Assembly (NCBI GenBank): GCA_020832445.1
Contig: JAFIEO010000051.1
Location: forward strand, 232 to 64,231
Length of the DNA stretch: 64,000 nt
DNA from: Paracoccaceae bacterium
GTDB lineage: Bacteria > Pseudomonadota > Alphaproteobacteria > Rhodobacterales > Rhodobacteraceae
Direction: 5' to 3'
The position numbers were made by a program, and so were the translations under genes. Each line of letters begins with the position of its first letter. Position 1 is the stretch's first letter. Shown piece after piece: positions 9,628-19,887 of this stretch. The notes below the pieces were generated by a model, which did not search any database, had not been told where the DNA came from, and saw nothing but the letters and a program-made list of their open reading frames with translations.

Positions 9628-9900
9628 ATGAGAAAACTTATTATGATGGCAGTTGTAGGTGGCGCGCTTGCGGTATCCGGTTGTCAGATGACACAAACTG
9701 AACGTTCGGTTGTGGGTGGCGTTGCTGGTGCTGCGGGCGGCCTTGCCGTCGGTAACCTGCTTGGTGCCAACACCAACTGGACCATTCTGACCACCGTTGC
9801 AGGTGCTGCCGCAGGCACATTGCTGGCGCAAAACACCCGCACCGGCCAGTGTGCATATGCGCGTGGCGATGGCACCTATTACGAAGCGCCTTGCCCCTGA
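9628..9900 (+). CDS. Small lipoprotein with a glycine-zipper region (17-kDa-antigen-like)
   Basis: Signal peptide plus lipobox (MRKLIMMAVVGGALAVSGC). Gly/Ala zipper VVGGVAGAAGGLAVGNLLG...VAGAAAGTLLA. Good SD (GGAGG) upstream. Confidence 0.75.
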   Translation: MRKLIMMAVVGGALAVSGCQMTQTERSVVGGVAGAAGGLAVGNLLGANTNWTILTTVAGAAAGTLLAQNTRTGQCAYARGDGTYYEAPCP

Positions 9901-9926
9901 TCCCATCGGGAATGCGAAAACCACAT

Positions 9927-9966
9927 AAAAAACAGCCCCGGTCCTGTGCCGGGGCTGTTTTGTTTC
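9927..9966. terminator. Bidirectional rho-independent terminator
   Basis: AAAAACAGCCCCGG-tcctgtg-CCGGGGCTGTTTTGTTT. Perfect 10-bp GC stem flanked by an A-tract and a T-tract, between convergent genes. Confidence 0.85.
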
Positions 9967-9984
9967 GATGATGTGCGTGCAACC

Positions 9985-11148
9985 TTATGCCAGCGGCAAA
10001 CGCTGTTCTGCCAGTTCAACCCAGAAGCTACAGCCTGCGGGAATGGCGTCGTCGTTGAAATCATATTCGGGGTGGTGAACGCTGGCAGTGTCGCCGTTGC
10101 CCACAAGAATATATGCGCCGGGGCGTTCTTCCAGCATATAGGCGAAATCCTCGCCGCCCATGACAAGGGGGGCGTCATCGCAGGCACCTGACACGCTGCG
10201 CGCGGCCTGTGCGGCATATTCGGTTTCTGTGTCTGTGTTAATCATCACCGGATAGCCGCGCATGTATTTGACCTGCGCCTTGGCCCCGAACGCGGTGGCG
10301 GCATGTTCGGCCAGCGCCGATATGCGTGCCTCTGCCAACTCGCGCATATCGGCGCTTAGGGTGCGCACGGTCCCGCGCAAGGTTACAGTCTGGGGAATCA
10401 CGTTGAAGGCCTGCGACCCTGTCACAAAGGATGTGACCGACACGACCATTTCCTTGGTCGGGTCTGCGTTGCGGCTGGCGATTGTTTGCATCGCTGTCAC
10501 GATATGCGCCGCAACTACGGTTGTATCAATGCATTCATGGGGTTTGGCCGCATGGCCGCCGCGCCCTTCAACGACAATTTCGAACTGGTCGGTCGCTGCA
10601 AAGAATGCGCCCGGCCGAATGCTGAATGTCCCCGGCGCAACACCGGGCCAGTTGTGCATTCCATACACTTCATGGATGCCAAAGCGGTCCATAAGCCCGT
10701 CTTCGCACATCGCGCGCCCGCCGCCGCCACCTTCTTCGGCGGGCTGAAAGATCACAACAACGGTCCCGTCAAAGCTGCGTGTTTCCGTCAGGTATTTCGC
10801 GGCGCCCAGCAACATGGCCGTGTGCCCGTCATGCCCACAGGCATGCATTTTGCCCGCTTCCTTGGAGGCATATTCAAGCCCTGTCGCTTCATGAATCGGC
10901 AGCGCGTCCATATCGGCGCGCAGCCCCACGACGCGGCCGGATTCGGCCTTGCGCCCGCTTATGACGCCGACAACGCCGGTGCCGCCGATCCCTTCAACCA
11001 CCTCATCGCAGCCGAATTCGCGCAGCTTTTGTGCGACGATTCCGGCGGTGCGGTGGCATTCATACAGGATTTCGGGATGGGCGTGGAAATCCCTGCGCCA
11101 GGCCGTGATTTCCGGCAGCAGTTCGGCAAAACGGTTTTTGATCGGCAT
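9985..11148 (-). CDS. M20-family amidohydrolase (hippurate hydrolase / N-acyl-amino-acid amidohydrolase type)
   Basis: ORF 9985..11253. Start moved to ATG 11148 (MPIKNRFAELLPEITAWRRDFHAHPE). Motifs HACGHDGH and FQPAEEGGGG are typical of the M20D subfamily. Confidence 0.85.
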   Translation of the reverse strand: MPIKNRFAELLPEITAWRRDFHAHPEILYECHRTAGIVAQKLREFGCDEVVEGIGGTGVVGVISGRKAESGRVVGLRADMDALPIHEATGLEYASKEAGKMHACGHDGHTAMLLGAAKYLTETRSFDGTVVVIFQPAEEGGGGGRAMCEDGLMDRFGIHEVYGMHNWPGVAPGTFSIRPGAFFAATDQFEIVVEGRGGHAAKPHECIDTTVVAAHIVTAMQTIASRNADPTKEMVVSVTSFVTGSQAFNVIPQTVTLRGTVRTLSADMRELAEARISALAEHAATAFGAKAQVKYMRGYPVMINTDTETEYAAQAARSVSGACDDAPLVMGGEDFAYMLEERPGAYILVGNGDTASVHHPEYDFNDDAIPAGCSFWVELAEQRLPLA

Positions 11149-11249
11149 TGCAGCAAGCTCCTTGGATGTGGTCGCGTTATGGCGATTTCCAGCACTGTGC
11201 CACAGTCTTGCGTCCGCTTCCAGCACCCCGCTTGAAAGACTGGCGTTGA

Positions 11250-12131
11250 TCACAGATCGCTTACAAAATCATCAATCCGGTAGCCTTGCAGATACAAAAG
11301 CGCTGTCAGATCGCCATGATTGATGCGCAAGTCGCATTGCGCGGCCACCGACGGTTTGGCATGCAGCGCGACACCCGCGCCCGCGCGCCCCAGCATGCCC
11401 AGATCATTTGCCCCGTCGCCAACGGCCAGCACATCACTGGCCTGTAGGCCCAGACGCGCGGTAATTTCATCCAGTGCCGCGACCTTGGCTTCGCGGCCCA
11501 GAATCGGTTCAGCCACGGTGCCGGTCAGCTTGCCCCCGTCGACCAGCAGCGTATTGGCGCGGTTTTCGTCAAACCCCAAGGTTTCGGCCACATGGGCGGT
11601 AAAGGCCGTGAACCCGCCTGATACCAGAACGGCATACGCGCCGCGCCCTTTCATCGTGGCGATCAATTCGCGCCCGCCGGGGGTAAAGGTGATGCGCGTT
11701 TCCAAGACCTTGGAAATGACGCTTTCATCCAGCCCCTTCAGCAGGGCCACCCGTTCGCGCAGGGCATCTTCAAACTTCAGCTCGCCATTCATGGCGCGCG
11801 CGGTGATTCCCGCGACATAGGCCCCCACGCCAGCTTCATCCGCCAATTCGTCAATGCATTCCTGTTCGATCATGGTGCTGTCCATATCGGCCAACAGCAT
11901 GTGTTTCTGCCGCCCCTGCACAGGCTGAAGCGCCAGATCAATGCCTTGGGTCTGCAAATCCTGCCAGACCTGCCATTGGTTTTCGGGGCGCGTGTCCAAT
12001 GGAAATTCTGCCGCCACACCGGGGTTCAGCCATTCCGCGACGCCCCCGCCCCACGCATTGCGCAGGGATTCTACAGTGGTGGCATCAAGCAAGGGGTTGG
12101 CGGGGTTGGTCAGCAGTGTGGCGACATACAT
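11250..12131 (-). CDS. serB: Phosphoserine phosphatase
   Basis: HAD motif I DMDSTMI, later GDGANDL. Has the N-terminal ACT-like extension. Divergent from serC-serA. Confidence 0.85.
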   Translation of the reverse strand: MYVATLLTNPANPLLDATTVESLRNAWGGGVAEWLNPGVAAEFPLDTRPENQWQVWQDLQTQGIDLALQPVQGRQKHMLLADMDSTMIEQECIDELADEAGVGAYVAGITARAMNGELKFEDALRERVALLKGLDESVISKVLETRITFTPGGRELIATMKGRGAYAVLVSGGFTAFTAHVAETLGFDENRANTLLVDGGKLTGTVAEPILGREAKVAALDEITARLGLQASDVLAVGDGANDLGMLGRAGAGVALHAKPSVAAQCDLRINHGDLTALLYLQGYRIDDFVSDL

Positions 12132-12287
12132 GGGGCAAGTTTCCGATCGTGGACAAGCAGCGTCGTTTTTCTGTGTTCAAGCGGCGCTCTAGAGCAATTT
12201 TGCCTCTTGTGCCAGTGGGGATTGGGCCGTAATGCCATTCGTGGGACACCCTTCCCCAACGAAGGGCATTATATCTGGAAGGATACC

Positions 12288-13445
12288 ATGAGCATACCTG
12301 CACAACCGGCAACGCGCCCGGCAAATCCGCGCTTTTCTTCTGGCCCTTGTGCCAAAATCCCGACATTCGCACTGGAAAAACTGGCCGACGCCCCCTTGGG
12401 CCGCTCACACCGTGCCGCTGTCGGCAAGTCCAAACTGAAAGCGGCCATTGACGGCACCCGCGACATTCTGGGCATTCCCGCTGACTACCGCATTGGCATT
12501 GTGCCTGCATCTGACACAGGTGCAGTTGAAATGGCCATGTGGTCCATGCTGGGGGCGCGCAAGGCCACGATGGTCGCATGGGAAAGTTTTGGTGCGGGCT
12601 GGGTCACGGATGTGGTCAAGCAGCTGAAAATCGACGCCGATGTGAAAACCGCCGAGTATGGCCAGATCGTCGACATGGCCAACATCGACTATGATACCGA
12701 CGTGGTGTTCACATGGAATGGCACAACATCCGGCGTGCGTGTCCCCAATGGCAATGCCATCCCCGACGACCGCAAGGGTCTGACCATTTGCGATGCGACA
12801 TCGGCCGCGTTTGCGATGGACCTGCCTTGGGACAAGCTGGATGTGGTGACCTTCAGCTGGCAAAAGGTAATGGGCGGTGAAGCCGCGCATGGCATGCTGG
12901 TTCTAAGCCCGCGTGCGGTGGAACGGCTGGAAAACTACACCCCCGCATGGCCCCTGCCCAAGATTTTCCGCATGACCAAAGGCGGCAAACTGATCGAGGG
13001 TATTTTCAAGGGCGAAACCATCAACACGCCCTCGATGCTGGCGGTAGAGGATTACCTGCTTGCACTGGATTGGGCGCAAGACATTGGCGGGTTGCCTGCG
13101 CTTATTGCGCGCTGCGACGCGAATGCGGGCGTGATTGCGGATTTCTGCGCGGCCAATGACTGGATTGCCAATCTGGCCGAAGACCCTGCAACAGCATCAA
13201 CAACATCGGTCTGCCTGAAATTCACCGACCCCGCGATTGCTGATGGCGCGACTTTTGCCAAAGCGGTGGCCAAACGGCTGGAGGCAGAGGGCGTGGCGCT
13301 GGATATCGGCGCCTACCGCGATGCGCCAGCGGGCCTGCGTATCTGGTGCGGCGCCACGGTTGAAAAAAGCGATCTGGACGCGCTGATGCCATGGCTGGAC
13401 TGGGCCTATCACACCGAACGCGCCGCGCTGGGCGTTACCGCATAG
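12288..13445 (+). CDS. serC: Phosphoserine aminotransferase (short alphaproteobacterial type)
   Basis: In frame with ORF 11901..13445. Start moved to ATG 12288 ([23 protein letters not shown]) because the upstream part is antisense to ser[10 protein letters not shown] contains the PLP-Lys context. Confidence 0.85.
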   Translation: MSIPAQPATRPANPRFSSGPCAKIPTFALEKLADAPLGRSHRAAVGKSKLKAAIDGTRDILGIPADYRIGIVPASDTGAVEMAMWSMLGARKATMVAWESFGAGWVTDVVKQLKIDADVKTAEYGQIVDMANIDYDTDVVFTWNGTTSGVRVPNGNAIPDDRKGLTICDATSAAFAMDLPWDKLDVVTFSWQKVMGGEAAHGMLVLSPRAVERLENYTPAWPLPKIFRMTKGGKLIEGIFKGETINTPSMLAVEDYLLALDWAQDIGGLPALIARCDANAGVIADFCAANDWIANLAEDPATASTTSVCLKFTDPAIADGATFAKAVAKRLEAEGVALDIGAYRDAPAGLRIWCGATVEKSDLDALMPWLDWAYHTERAALGVTA

Positions 13446-13520
13446 CCTGACATTGTGTGGCGGGCGTGTCCCGCCACCCGTATTTCCCTGCAAATCCCAT
13501 CATTCAAGGAGCCACGAACC

Positions 13521-15116
13521 ATGGCACCCAAAGTTCTCGTATCTGACAAACTGTCCGAAACCGCTGTGCAAATCTTCCGCGACCGCGGCATTGATGTGAC
13601 GTTTGATCCGTCCATCGGCAAGGACAAGGAAAAACTGCTGGCCGTCATTGGTGATTATGACGGGCTGGCCATCCGGTCCGCCACCAAAGTGACTGAAAAA
13701 ATCCTTGAAGCTGCGCCCAACCTGAAGGTTGTTGGCCGTGCAGGTATCGGGGTCGATAATGTCGACATTCCCGCCGCGTCGAAAAAAGGTGTGATCGTGA
13801 TGAACACGCCTTTCGGCAACTCCGTCACGACCGCAGAACATGCGATTTCGCTGATGATGGCCGTTGCACGCCAGATCCCCGAAGCCAGCGCATCCACCCA
13901 TGCGGGCAAATGGGAAAAATCGCGCTTCATGGGGGTTGAGCTGACGGCCAAAACCTTGGGCGTTATCGGTGCGGGCAATATTGGTGGCATCGTGTGCGAC
14001 CGCGCGCTGGGCCTGCGTATGAAGGTTGTGGCCTATGACCCGTTCCTGAGCGAGGAACGCGCGACCAAACTGGGCGTGACCAAGGTGGAACTGGATGAAT
14101 TGCTGGCGCGCGCCGATTTCATTACCCTGCATGTGCCGCTGACCGACAAGACCCGCAACATCCTGTCTGCCGAAAACCTGGCGAAAACCAAGAAAGGCGT
14201 ACGCATTGTCAACTGCGCCCGTGGCGGTCTGGTGGACGAAGCGGCCCTGGCCGAGGCGCTGAAATCCGGCCATGTTGCCGGTGCAGGCTTTGATGTGTTC
14301 GAAGTGGAACCGGCGACTGACAGCCCGCTGTTCAACCTGCCCAACGTTGTTGTCACCCCCCATCTGGGCGCCAGCACCACCGAGGCACAGGAAAACGTGG
14401 CGCTGCAAGTGGCTGAACAGATGTCGGATTACCTGCTGACAGGTGCTGTGCAGAACGCGCTGAACATGCCATCTGTAACAGCCGAAGAAGCGCGCGTGAT
14501 GGGGCCATGGGTCAAACTGGCCAGCCATCTGGGGGCCTTCGCGGGCCAGCTGACGGATGAGCCGATTCAGGCCATCAATATATTGTATGACGGGGCCGTG
14601 TCGGAAATGAACCTTGACGCGCTGGGATGTGCGGCGATTGCGGGCATTATGAAGGCCACCAACCCCGACGTGAACATGGTGTCCGCGCCCGTTGTGGCCA
14701 AAGAACGCGGCGTCAAGATTTCGCGCACCACGCAGGCAAAATCGGGCGTGTTTGATGCCTATATCAAGCTGACAGTGGTGACTGAAGGGCGCGAACGTTC
14801 CATCGCGGGCACAGTGTTTTCCGACGGCAAGCCGCGCTTCATCCAGATCAAGGGCATCACCATCGACGCCGAAGTGGGCGAGCATATGCTGTATACCACC
14901 AATGATGATGTGCCCGGCATTATCGGTGCGCTGGGCCAGACCATGGGCGAGAATGGCGTGAATATCGCCAATTTCACCCTTGGCCGTTCAGATTCGGGGC
15001 GTGATGCAATCGCATTGCTGTATCTGGATGCGCCTGCGCCGGATACTGTCTTGAACAAGCTGCGCGCAACGGGCTTGTTCCGTCAGGTGCGCCCGCTGGT
15101 TTTTGATGTTAGCTAA
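13521..15116 (+). CDS. serA: D-3-phosphoglycerate dehydrogenase (long form with ASB and ACT domains)
   Basis: ORF 13455..15116. Start moved to ATG 13521 (MAPKVLVSDKLSE). NAD site GVIGAGNIGG, and NCARGGLVDE...TPHLGAST. Confidence 0.9.
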   Translation: MAPKVLVSDKLSETAVQIFRDRGIDVTFDPSIGKDKEKLLAVIGDYDGLAIRSATKVTEKILEAAPNLKVVGRAGIGVDNVDIPAASKKGVIVMNTPFGNSVTTAEHAISLMMAVARQIPEASASTHAGKWEKSRFMGVELTAKTLGVIGAGNIGGIVCDRALGLRMKVVAYDPFLSEERATKLGVTKVELDELLARADFITLHVPLTDKTRNILSAENLAKTKKGVRIVNCARGGLVDEAALAEALKSGHVAGAGFDVFEVEPATDSPLFNLPNVVVTPHLGASTTEAQENVALQVAEQMSDYLLTGAVQNALNMPSVTAEEARVMGPWVKLASHLGAFAGQLTDEPIQAINILYDGAVSEMNLDALGCAAIAGIMKATNPDVNMVSAPVVAKERGVKISRTTQAKSGVFDAYIKLTVVTEGRERSIAGTVFSDGKPRFIQIKGITIDAEVGEHMLYTTNDDVPGIIGALGQTMGENGVNIANFTLGRSDSGRDAIALLYLDAPAPDTVLNKLRATGLFRQVRPLVFDVS

Positions 15117-15125
15117 GTATGAATC

Positions 15126-15152
15126 ATCGTCCCGGGGTTGACCCGGGACGAT
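15126..15152 (+). terminator. Stem-loop after serA (possible terminator/attenuator)
   Basis: ATCGTCCCGGG-gttga-CCCGGGACGAT, a perfect 11-bp stem 10 nt after the serA stop. The trailing T-tract is weak (tgcccctgttcttt). Confidence 0.45.
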
Positions 15153-15194
15153 TGCCCCTGTTCTTTGGCACCGGACAAAAGCAGGGGATTTCCT

Positions 15195-15932
15195 ATGCGC
15201 AGTTATGCGATTGGCGACATTCACGGGCAGGTCGGGCTGCTGCAACAGGCCCATGCGCTGATCGATCATGACCGCAAGGCCTGTCGTGACGCTGATGCGC
15301 CGGTGATCCATCTGGGTGATCTGGTGGACAGGGGGCCGGACAGCGCAGGCGTGATCCGCCTGCTGCGCGAAGGTGTGGGCGGGGGCGCGCCATGGGTGGT
15401 TCTGAAGGGCAACCATGACCGGCTTTTCACCCGTTTTCTGACAGATGCAGGCTGGCGCGACCCCAATATCCGCGAGGGGCTGACCTATCTGCACCCGCTG
15501 ATTGGCGGGGCGGAAACGCTTATGTCCTATGGGCTGTATCGTCCAACGTCATTTCACATCAAGGCAGTGCGCACCAATGCACTGGCGCAGGTTCCCCCCG
15601 AGGATATCGCGTTTCTGGACTCCTGCCCCCTGATGTATGGCCGTGGTGATGCCTTGTTCGTGCATGCAGGCATTCGCCCCGGTGTGCCCTTGCCACAACA
15701 GGCCGAGCAGGATTTGCTGTGGATCCGCGACCCGTTCCTGATGGATGCGCGCGATCACGGCCCTTTGGTGGTGCATGGGCACACGGCAATTCCATGCCCG
15801 ATGCATTACCGCAACAGGGTTAATCTGGACAGTCGCGCAGGGTATGGGGGGCCGCTGACGGTCGCCGTGATCGAAGGGCGGCAAGTCTTTATATTGACGG
15901 AATCGGGGCGCGTGCCACTTTTGCCACGATAG
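15195..15932 (+). CDS. Metallophosphoesterase (PPP-family Ser/Thr phosphatase / ApaH-like)
   Basis: ORF 15138..15932. Start moved to ATG 15195 (MRSYAIGDIHGQ). Motifs GDIHG, GDLVDRGPDS and GNHD. Confidence 0.8.
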   Translation: MRSYAIGDIHGQVGLLQQAHALIDHDRKACRDADAPVIHLGDLVDRGPDSAGVIRLLREGVGGGAPWVVLKGNHDRLFTRFLTDAGWRDPNIREGLTYLHPLIGGAETLMSYGLYRPTSFHIKAVRTNALAQVPPEDIAFLDSCPLMYGRGDALFVHAGIRPGVPLPQQAEQDLLWIRDPFLMDARDHGPLVVHGHTAIPCPMHYRNRVNLDSRAGYGGPLTVAVIEGRQVFILTESGRVPLLPR

Positions 15933-16066
15933 AAGATATTTCAATGACTTCCATTGACCTTGGTTAAACAAGGGTTAATTTCCCACCGATTTGTAACCTA
16001 TAGTTGTGCCAAACGCCGCGAATCGATGTCGGCGTTACAGCAACGGCCATATAGGGGACAAACTCA

Positions 16067-17161
16067 ATGCTGCATAAATTCGACTTTTCACAGAACGTCA
16101 CTGTTTCTGAGGGATACTTTTTCGACAGTTTGATAGGTCTTTATCTGGGCAGTTCTGCACAGTCGGTATTCAAACATGGCGAAATTAAGACATTGACCGA
16201 AGGGCAAACCTTGTCTGTGTCCTCGTCCGACCAGCTTTGCATTCTGCTTCAGGGTGTGTTGACGCATGACCATGGCTGGCTAAGCCCCGGATGTCATTTC
16301 CGCGACATTTCACAACCGCTGACGGTCAAAGGGGCGCAGGCAGTGGTCTGGGTGTTGGACATGGCCGGCGCGGATTGGCTGAAGCGCGCGCACAGCTATC
16401 TGCGCACAGCGCTTGACGGGGCGCTGGCTGCCGCCGAACGCGCGGTTGCCGCATCGACCCCCCCGCGCGATCTGCCGGACCCCGAAACCCTGTGCGATGT
16501 AGACCACCCCGCAATTCGCAGGCGCGCAGCCCGCCTGCTGCGCACGACCGAAGAAGCGACCGCGCAAGCAGTATTCGCGTTCGTTCAGGCCATGCCCTAC
16601 CGTTTCGGGAACTGGCAGGAACGTGCATCGGACACATTGGCGCGCGGGTCGGGCATGTGCACGACCAAGGCCAATTTGCAGGTTGCGCTGATGCGCGCTT
16701 GCGGGCTGGAGGCAGGTTTTGCCGAAGTGCCCATGGAAATGAGCGTTCTGGGCAAACTGATGCCAGATGCGTGGTTGCCGATGATGCGCCCGAAAGTGCG
16801 GCACTATTTCGGTGCGGTCAAACTGGGCGGGCGCTGGCATGCGGCTGATTCGTCCTATAACGATGACAGCATGCGCATTTATCTGGAACAGATTCCCGGC
16901 TTTGATTTCCTGCTGCCAGCGCGCATTTCCAACGGTGCGCCCTATAGCCCTGCGCATTCGCATGATGGGCTGGACATGTTCGACATCGCGGTTGTCCCGC
17001 ATCTGAATGAGGAAATGAGCAAGAAAAGCCGCTTTTCCCCCATGCAGTTCGAGGCATTGAACACGCGGCTGGACCGTGCGCAGGGATGCTGGCAGAAATG
17101 GGTTGCGGCGGATCATCCTGATTTGCAGGCAGATAAACACCAAGGCGGACGCGTTGCATGA
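16067..17161 (+). CDS. Transglutaminase-like (papain-fold Cys-His-Asp) protein with an unassigned AT-richer N-terminal region
   Basis: Core motifs GSGMCTTKANLQVALMRACGLEAGF (Cys) and GGRWHAADSSYND (His..Asp), as in the Transglut_core fold. The first ~130 aa are beta-rich, unrecognised, and encoded by visibly AT-richer DNA. Confidence 0.65.
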   Translation: MLHKFDFSQNVTVSEGYFFDSLIGLYLGSSAQSVFKHGEIKTLTEGQTLSVSSSDQLCILLQGVLTHDHGWLSPGCHFRDISQPLTVKGAQAVVWVLDMAGADWLKRAHSYLRTALDGALAAAERAVAASTPPRDLPDPETLCDVDHPAIRRRAARLLRTTEEATAQAVFAFVQAMPYRFGNWQERASDTLARGSGMCTTKANLQVALMRACGLEAGFAEVPMEMSVLGKLMPDAWLPMMRPKVRHYFGAVKLGGRWHAADSSYNDDSMRIYLEQIPGFDFLLPARISNGAPYSPAHSHDGLDMFDIAVVPHLNEEMSKKSRFSPMQFEALNTRLDRAQGCWQKWVAADHPDLQADKHQGGRVA

Positions 17162-18426
17162 CATTGTTTGACTGGGACTTTTCGGCCCCGACACCCAGCG
17201 ATATGGGCGACCATGACGTGCCGCCCGCATCCATACGGCTGGCGGGCAAGCGGGTCGCGTTGTTGGTCACTGGCGGGATCGCGGCCATGAAAACCCCGCA
17301 AATTGCGCGCGGGCTGCGCCGCCACGGGGCCGATGTGGTGGCGTTCGTCAGTGCAGATGCGTTGCGTTATGTCGCGCGTGAAGCGCTGGAATGGGCCTGT
17401 CTGGGGCAGGTTGTGGACGGGCTGACATGGCGCGCAGAGCACTTGTCGGATGATGCGCCCTTTGATGCGTATCTGGTGGCACCTGCCACGCATAACACCA
17501 TTGCCAAGATGGCCGCAGGCATTGGCGACACGCTGGTGACATCGGCGCTGATTTCGGCGCTGGGCAGGATGGAACAGGGGCGCACCCGCATTCTGGTCGC
17601 GCCCACGATGCACGGGTCCATGCATAACAGCCAGCTTGTGGAAAATTCCCGCAAACTGGCCACGCAGGGCGTGCAGTTCGTTGCCCCGCGCAATGCCTAT
17701 GGCAAGCATAACCTGCCTGATACGGCAGTGATATGCACCGCCGTGGGGCGCGCGCTGTCGACATCCGTGCTGCGTGGCAAGCGTATCATGGTGACGGCAG
17801 GGCCAACGCCAGTGCCCATCGACGGGGTGCGCCGTATTGTAAACCGGTTCCGTGGCCGTCTGGGCGCTGATATTGCCGAAGAACTGACATGGCGCGGGGC
17901 AGATGCGGAATTGCTGCTGGGCGACGGGGCATGGCGGCCATCGGCGCCCATGAAGCTGACGATTGCGCGCACCTATGATGATTACCGCGATATGGTGCTG
18001 GACCGCGTGGGACAGGGGCTGTTCGCGGGTGTATTTTCCGCCGGTGTCGCGGATTACCGGCCTAAACAGGTTGTGGACGGCAAGATCGTATCGGGGGCAG
18101 ATGAATACCCGCTGATGCTGGCACCCACCGAGAAGGTGATTGATCTGGCAATGGCCGCAGGCCCGCAGATGCACACAGTGGCGTTCAAATATCTGGAGAA
18201 AGTCACCGAGGATGAATTGATCCGCGTGGCGTCCAAACGACTGGACCGTGCGGGCCTTGTGGTGGCCACGCGCGGCGAAGACACGCGCGGGCGCGACCAG
18301 CGCGCGCTGATGGTACGCACGGGCAGCGTGACGCCGGTGAATGGCAAGGCACAGATTGCAAGCGCGATCGCGGATTATCTGGAAACGCTGGCTGGCCCAC
18401 AGCCGCAACAACTGGCGGCTGAATAG
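17158..18426 (+). CDS. Divergent CoaBC (Dfp)-like two-domain protein (flavoprotein-like N-half, CoaB-like C-half)
   Basis: ATGA overlap with the preceding gene. Retains GGIAAMKTP, APATHNTIAKMAAGIGD, VTAGPTPVPID and AGVADYRP. However, it has PTMHGSM where CoaC has PxMNxxMW, no Cys-containing ACGxxGxGR clamp, and NRFRGRLG where CoaB has SSGKMG. Confidence 0.6.
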   Translation: MTLFDWDFSAPTPSDMGDHDVPPASIRLAGKRVALLVTGGIAAMKTPQIARGLRRHGADVVAFVSADALRYVAREALEWACLGQVVDGLTWRAEHLSDDAPFDAYLVAPATHNTIAKMAAGIGDTLVTSALISALGRMEQGRTRILVAPTMHGSMHNSQLVENSRKLATQGVQFVAPRNAYGKHNLPDTAVICTAVGRALSTSVLRGKRIMVTAGPTPVPIDGVRRIVNRFRGRLGADIAEELTWRGADAELLLGDGAWRPSAPMKLTIARTYDDYRDMVLDRVGQGLFAGVFSAGVADYRPKQVVDGKIVSGADEYPLMLAPTEKVIDLAMAAGPQMHTVAFKYLEKVTEDELIRVASKRLDRAGLVVATRGEDTRGRDQRALMVRTGSVTPVNGKAQIASAIADYLETLAGPQPQQLAAE

Positions 18427-18447
18427 CCGCCATCTGGGTCAGTTCCT

Positions 18448-18678
18448 GGCCTGAAGGGGGCGTTGGGAAACATTCAAAGCCCGCGCCATTGGTGGGCCGG
18501 GGTCTGCCGATCCGACGTTAGTGGAATGCAGTTTATGCAACTGCATAAACCTGTGTTCAAAGGCTTGGCATGCCATCGGCAAAATCGGCAGGCCGCGGTA
18601 CAGCCAGACCTATGGCGCGGCGGGCTGCGCCATTGATTTCGCGCCTTTTTGAATCTCCGCCAACGTTCCCTTCAGGCC
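18448..18678 (-). repeat. Family A palindromic intergenic repeat, copy A2 (inverted orientation)
   Basis: Bounded by GGCCTGAAGGGGG ... CCCTTCAGGCC. Internal blocks match the family. Sits between convergent genes. Confidence 0.9.
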
Positions 18679-18709
18679 GGAACGACCCCGCAGGTGGGAA
18701 TCTAAGCCC

Positions 18710-19603
18710 TCAGCCCCATGGATTGCCCGCTCGCGGCTGGGGCGCGGCTTGTGTTATGCCGTTTTCCTGTGCCAGTCTCACAAGCGCTGCAATGCGGTTC
18801 TCGGTATTCGGGTGGGTCGAAAACAGCTTGTCACGCTTATGAACATGCAACGGGTTGATGATGAACATATGCGCGGTTTGCGGGTTCTGTTCGGCGCGGT
18901 CATAATCAATGCGCGATGCAAAGCCCTGTATCTTTTCCAGTGCCGACGCCAGCCACAGCGGATTGCCGCAAATTTCCGCGCCCACGCGGTCTGCCTCGTA
19001 TTCGCGCGAGCGCGAAATCGCCATCTGCACCACTGCGGCCGCCAGCGGTGCCAGAATCATAACCGCAATCATGGCAATCGCACCACCTGCACCCTGATTG
19101 CGCCCGCCGCGAAAGAACAACGCGAAGTTGGCCAGCATGGAAATGGCACCTGCGAAGGTTGCGGTGACCGTGATGATCAAGGTGTCGTAATTTCGAATAT
19201 GCGCCAGTTCATGCGCCATTACGGCGGCAATCTCTTCGCGCGACATACGCCGCAACAGCCCCGTGGTTGCGGCGACGGCGGCGTTTTCGGGGTTGCGGCC
19301 TGTGGCAAACGCGTTTGGCTGGTCCTGATCGATGACATAGACGCGCGGCTGGGGCATTCCGGCATCATCGGCCAGCTTGTGAACCAGACGTTGCAAATCG
19401 GGGTGGACCTGACTGTTGCATTCCTGCGCGTTGTGCATCCGCAAAACGGCCTTGTCCGAATTCCAGTAGGCAAACGCATTCATGCCCGCCGCCACTGCCA
19501 GCGCGATCAGCAAACCCGCACCGCCGCCAATTGCATAGCCCACGCCCATGAACAGCGCGGTCATGGCTGCCATCAGCATGGTCGTCTTAAGATAACCTGT
19601 CAT
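18710..19603 (-). CDS. htpX: Membrane zinc protease HtpX
   Basis: [10 protein letters not shown] (HExxH) within four TM segments, and the C-terminal [13 protein letters not shown] motif. Confidence 0.9.
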   Translation of the reverse strand: MTGYLKTTMLMAAMTALFMGVGYAIGGGAGLLIALAVAAGMNAFAYWNSDKAVLRMHNAQECNSQVHPDLQRLVHKLADDAGMPQPRVYVIDQDQPNAFATGRNPENAAVAATTGLLRRMSREEIAAVMAHELAHIRNYDTLIITVTATFAGAISMLANFALFFRGGRNQGAGGAIAMIAVMILAPLAAAVVQMAISRSREYEADRVGAEICGNPLWLASALEKIQGFASRIDYDRAEQNPQTAHMFIINPLHVHKRDKLFSTHPNTENRIAALVRLAQENGITQAAPQPRAGNPWG

Positions 19604-19631
19604 CGAAACGCCCCCTTCAGCAATGACTTGG

Positions 19632-19660
19632 ATATGGGCAGAACTGAGCAGGCTTGCAAG
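19632..19660 (-). promoter_or_regulatory. Candidate sigma-32 (RpoH)-type promoter of htpX
   Basis: Minus strand reads CTTGCAA-gcctgctcagttctg-CCCATATC, about 25 nt upstream of the htpX ATG. Compare E. coli sigma-32 CTTGAAA-N13-15-CCCCATNT. htpX is a heat-shock gene in E. coli. Confidence 0.35.
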
Positions 19661-19887
19661 ATCTGTTCACTGGCCGTCATGCACTGTCATAGGGGTGGTA
19701 TGGTGCCGCAACCCGTCAGGCCCGCCTTGATGGCCGCCCATTTTTTGCGCGATATGCTTTTGCCTGCATAGTCAGGGTCCAGAGGCGATTATTCTTGCGC
19801 GCGGCAATACTCCCTTCAGGTTGATGAGCAAATGCATAGACAAGCTTGCAGCCACCTGTTTATGATTTGATCAAAAAGGGGGCGTGG

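Noticed and set aside
11901-12287. N-terminal 129-codon extension of the serC ORF; similar 5' extensions occur in many track ORFs (774, 3908, 6154, 11253, 13455, 47911, 50714, 62075 and others)
   Set aside because: The extensions overlap neighbouring genes or their antisense, lack homology-like sequence, and use non-ATG or poorly placed starts. Internal ATGs with SDs or ATGA coupling give canonical N-termini.
13500-14885. 461-aa ORF antisense to serA
   Set aside because: It lies fully inside and opposite a gene with unmistakable SerA motifs. Its product is Arg/Gly/His/Ala-rich with no motif. This is the typical stop-poor antisense frame of high-GC DNA.
16310-18411. 306-aa and 432-aa ORFs antisense to the transglutaminase-like and CoaBC-like genes
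   Set aside because: The plus-strand frames carry recognisable fold motifs and are translationally coupled. The antisense products are Arg/His/Gln-rich with no motifs.
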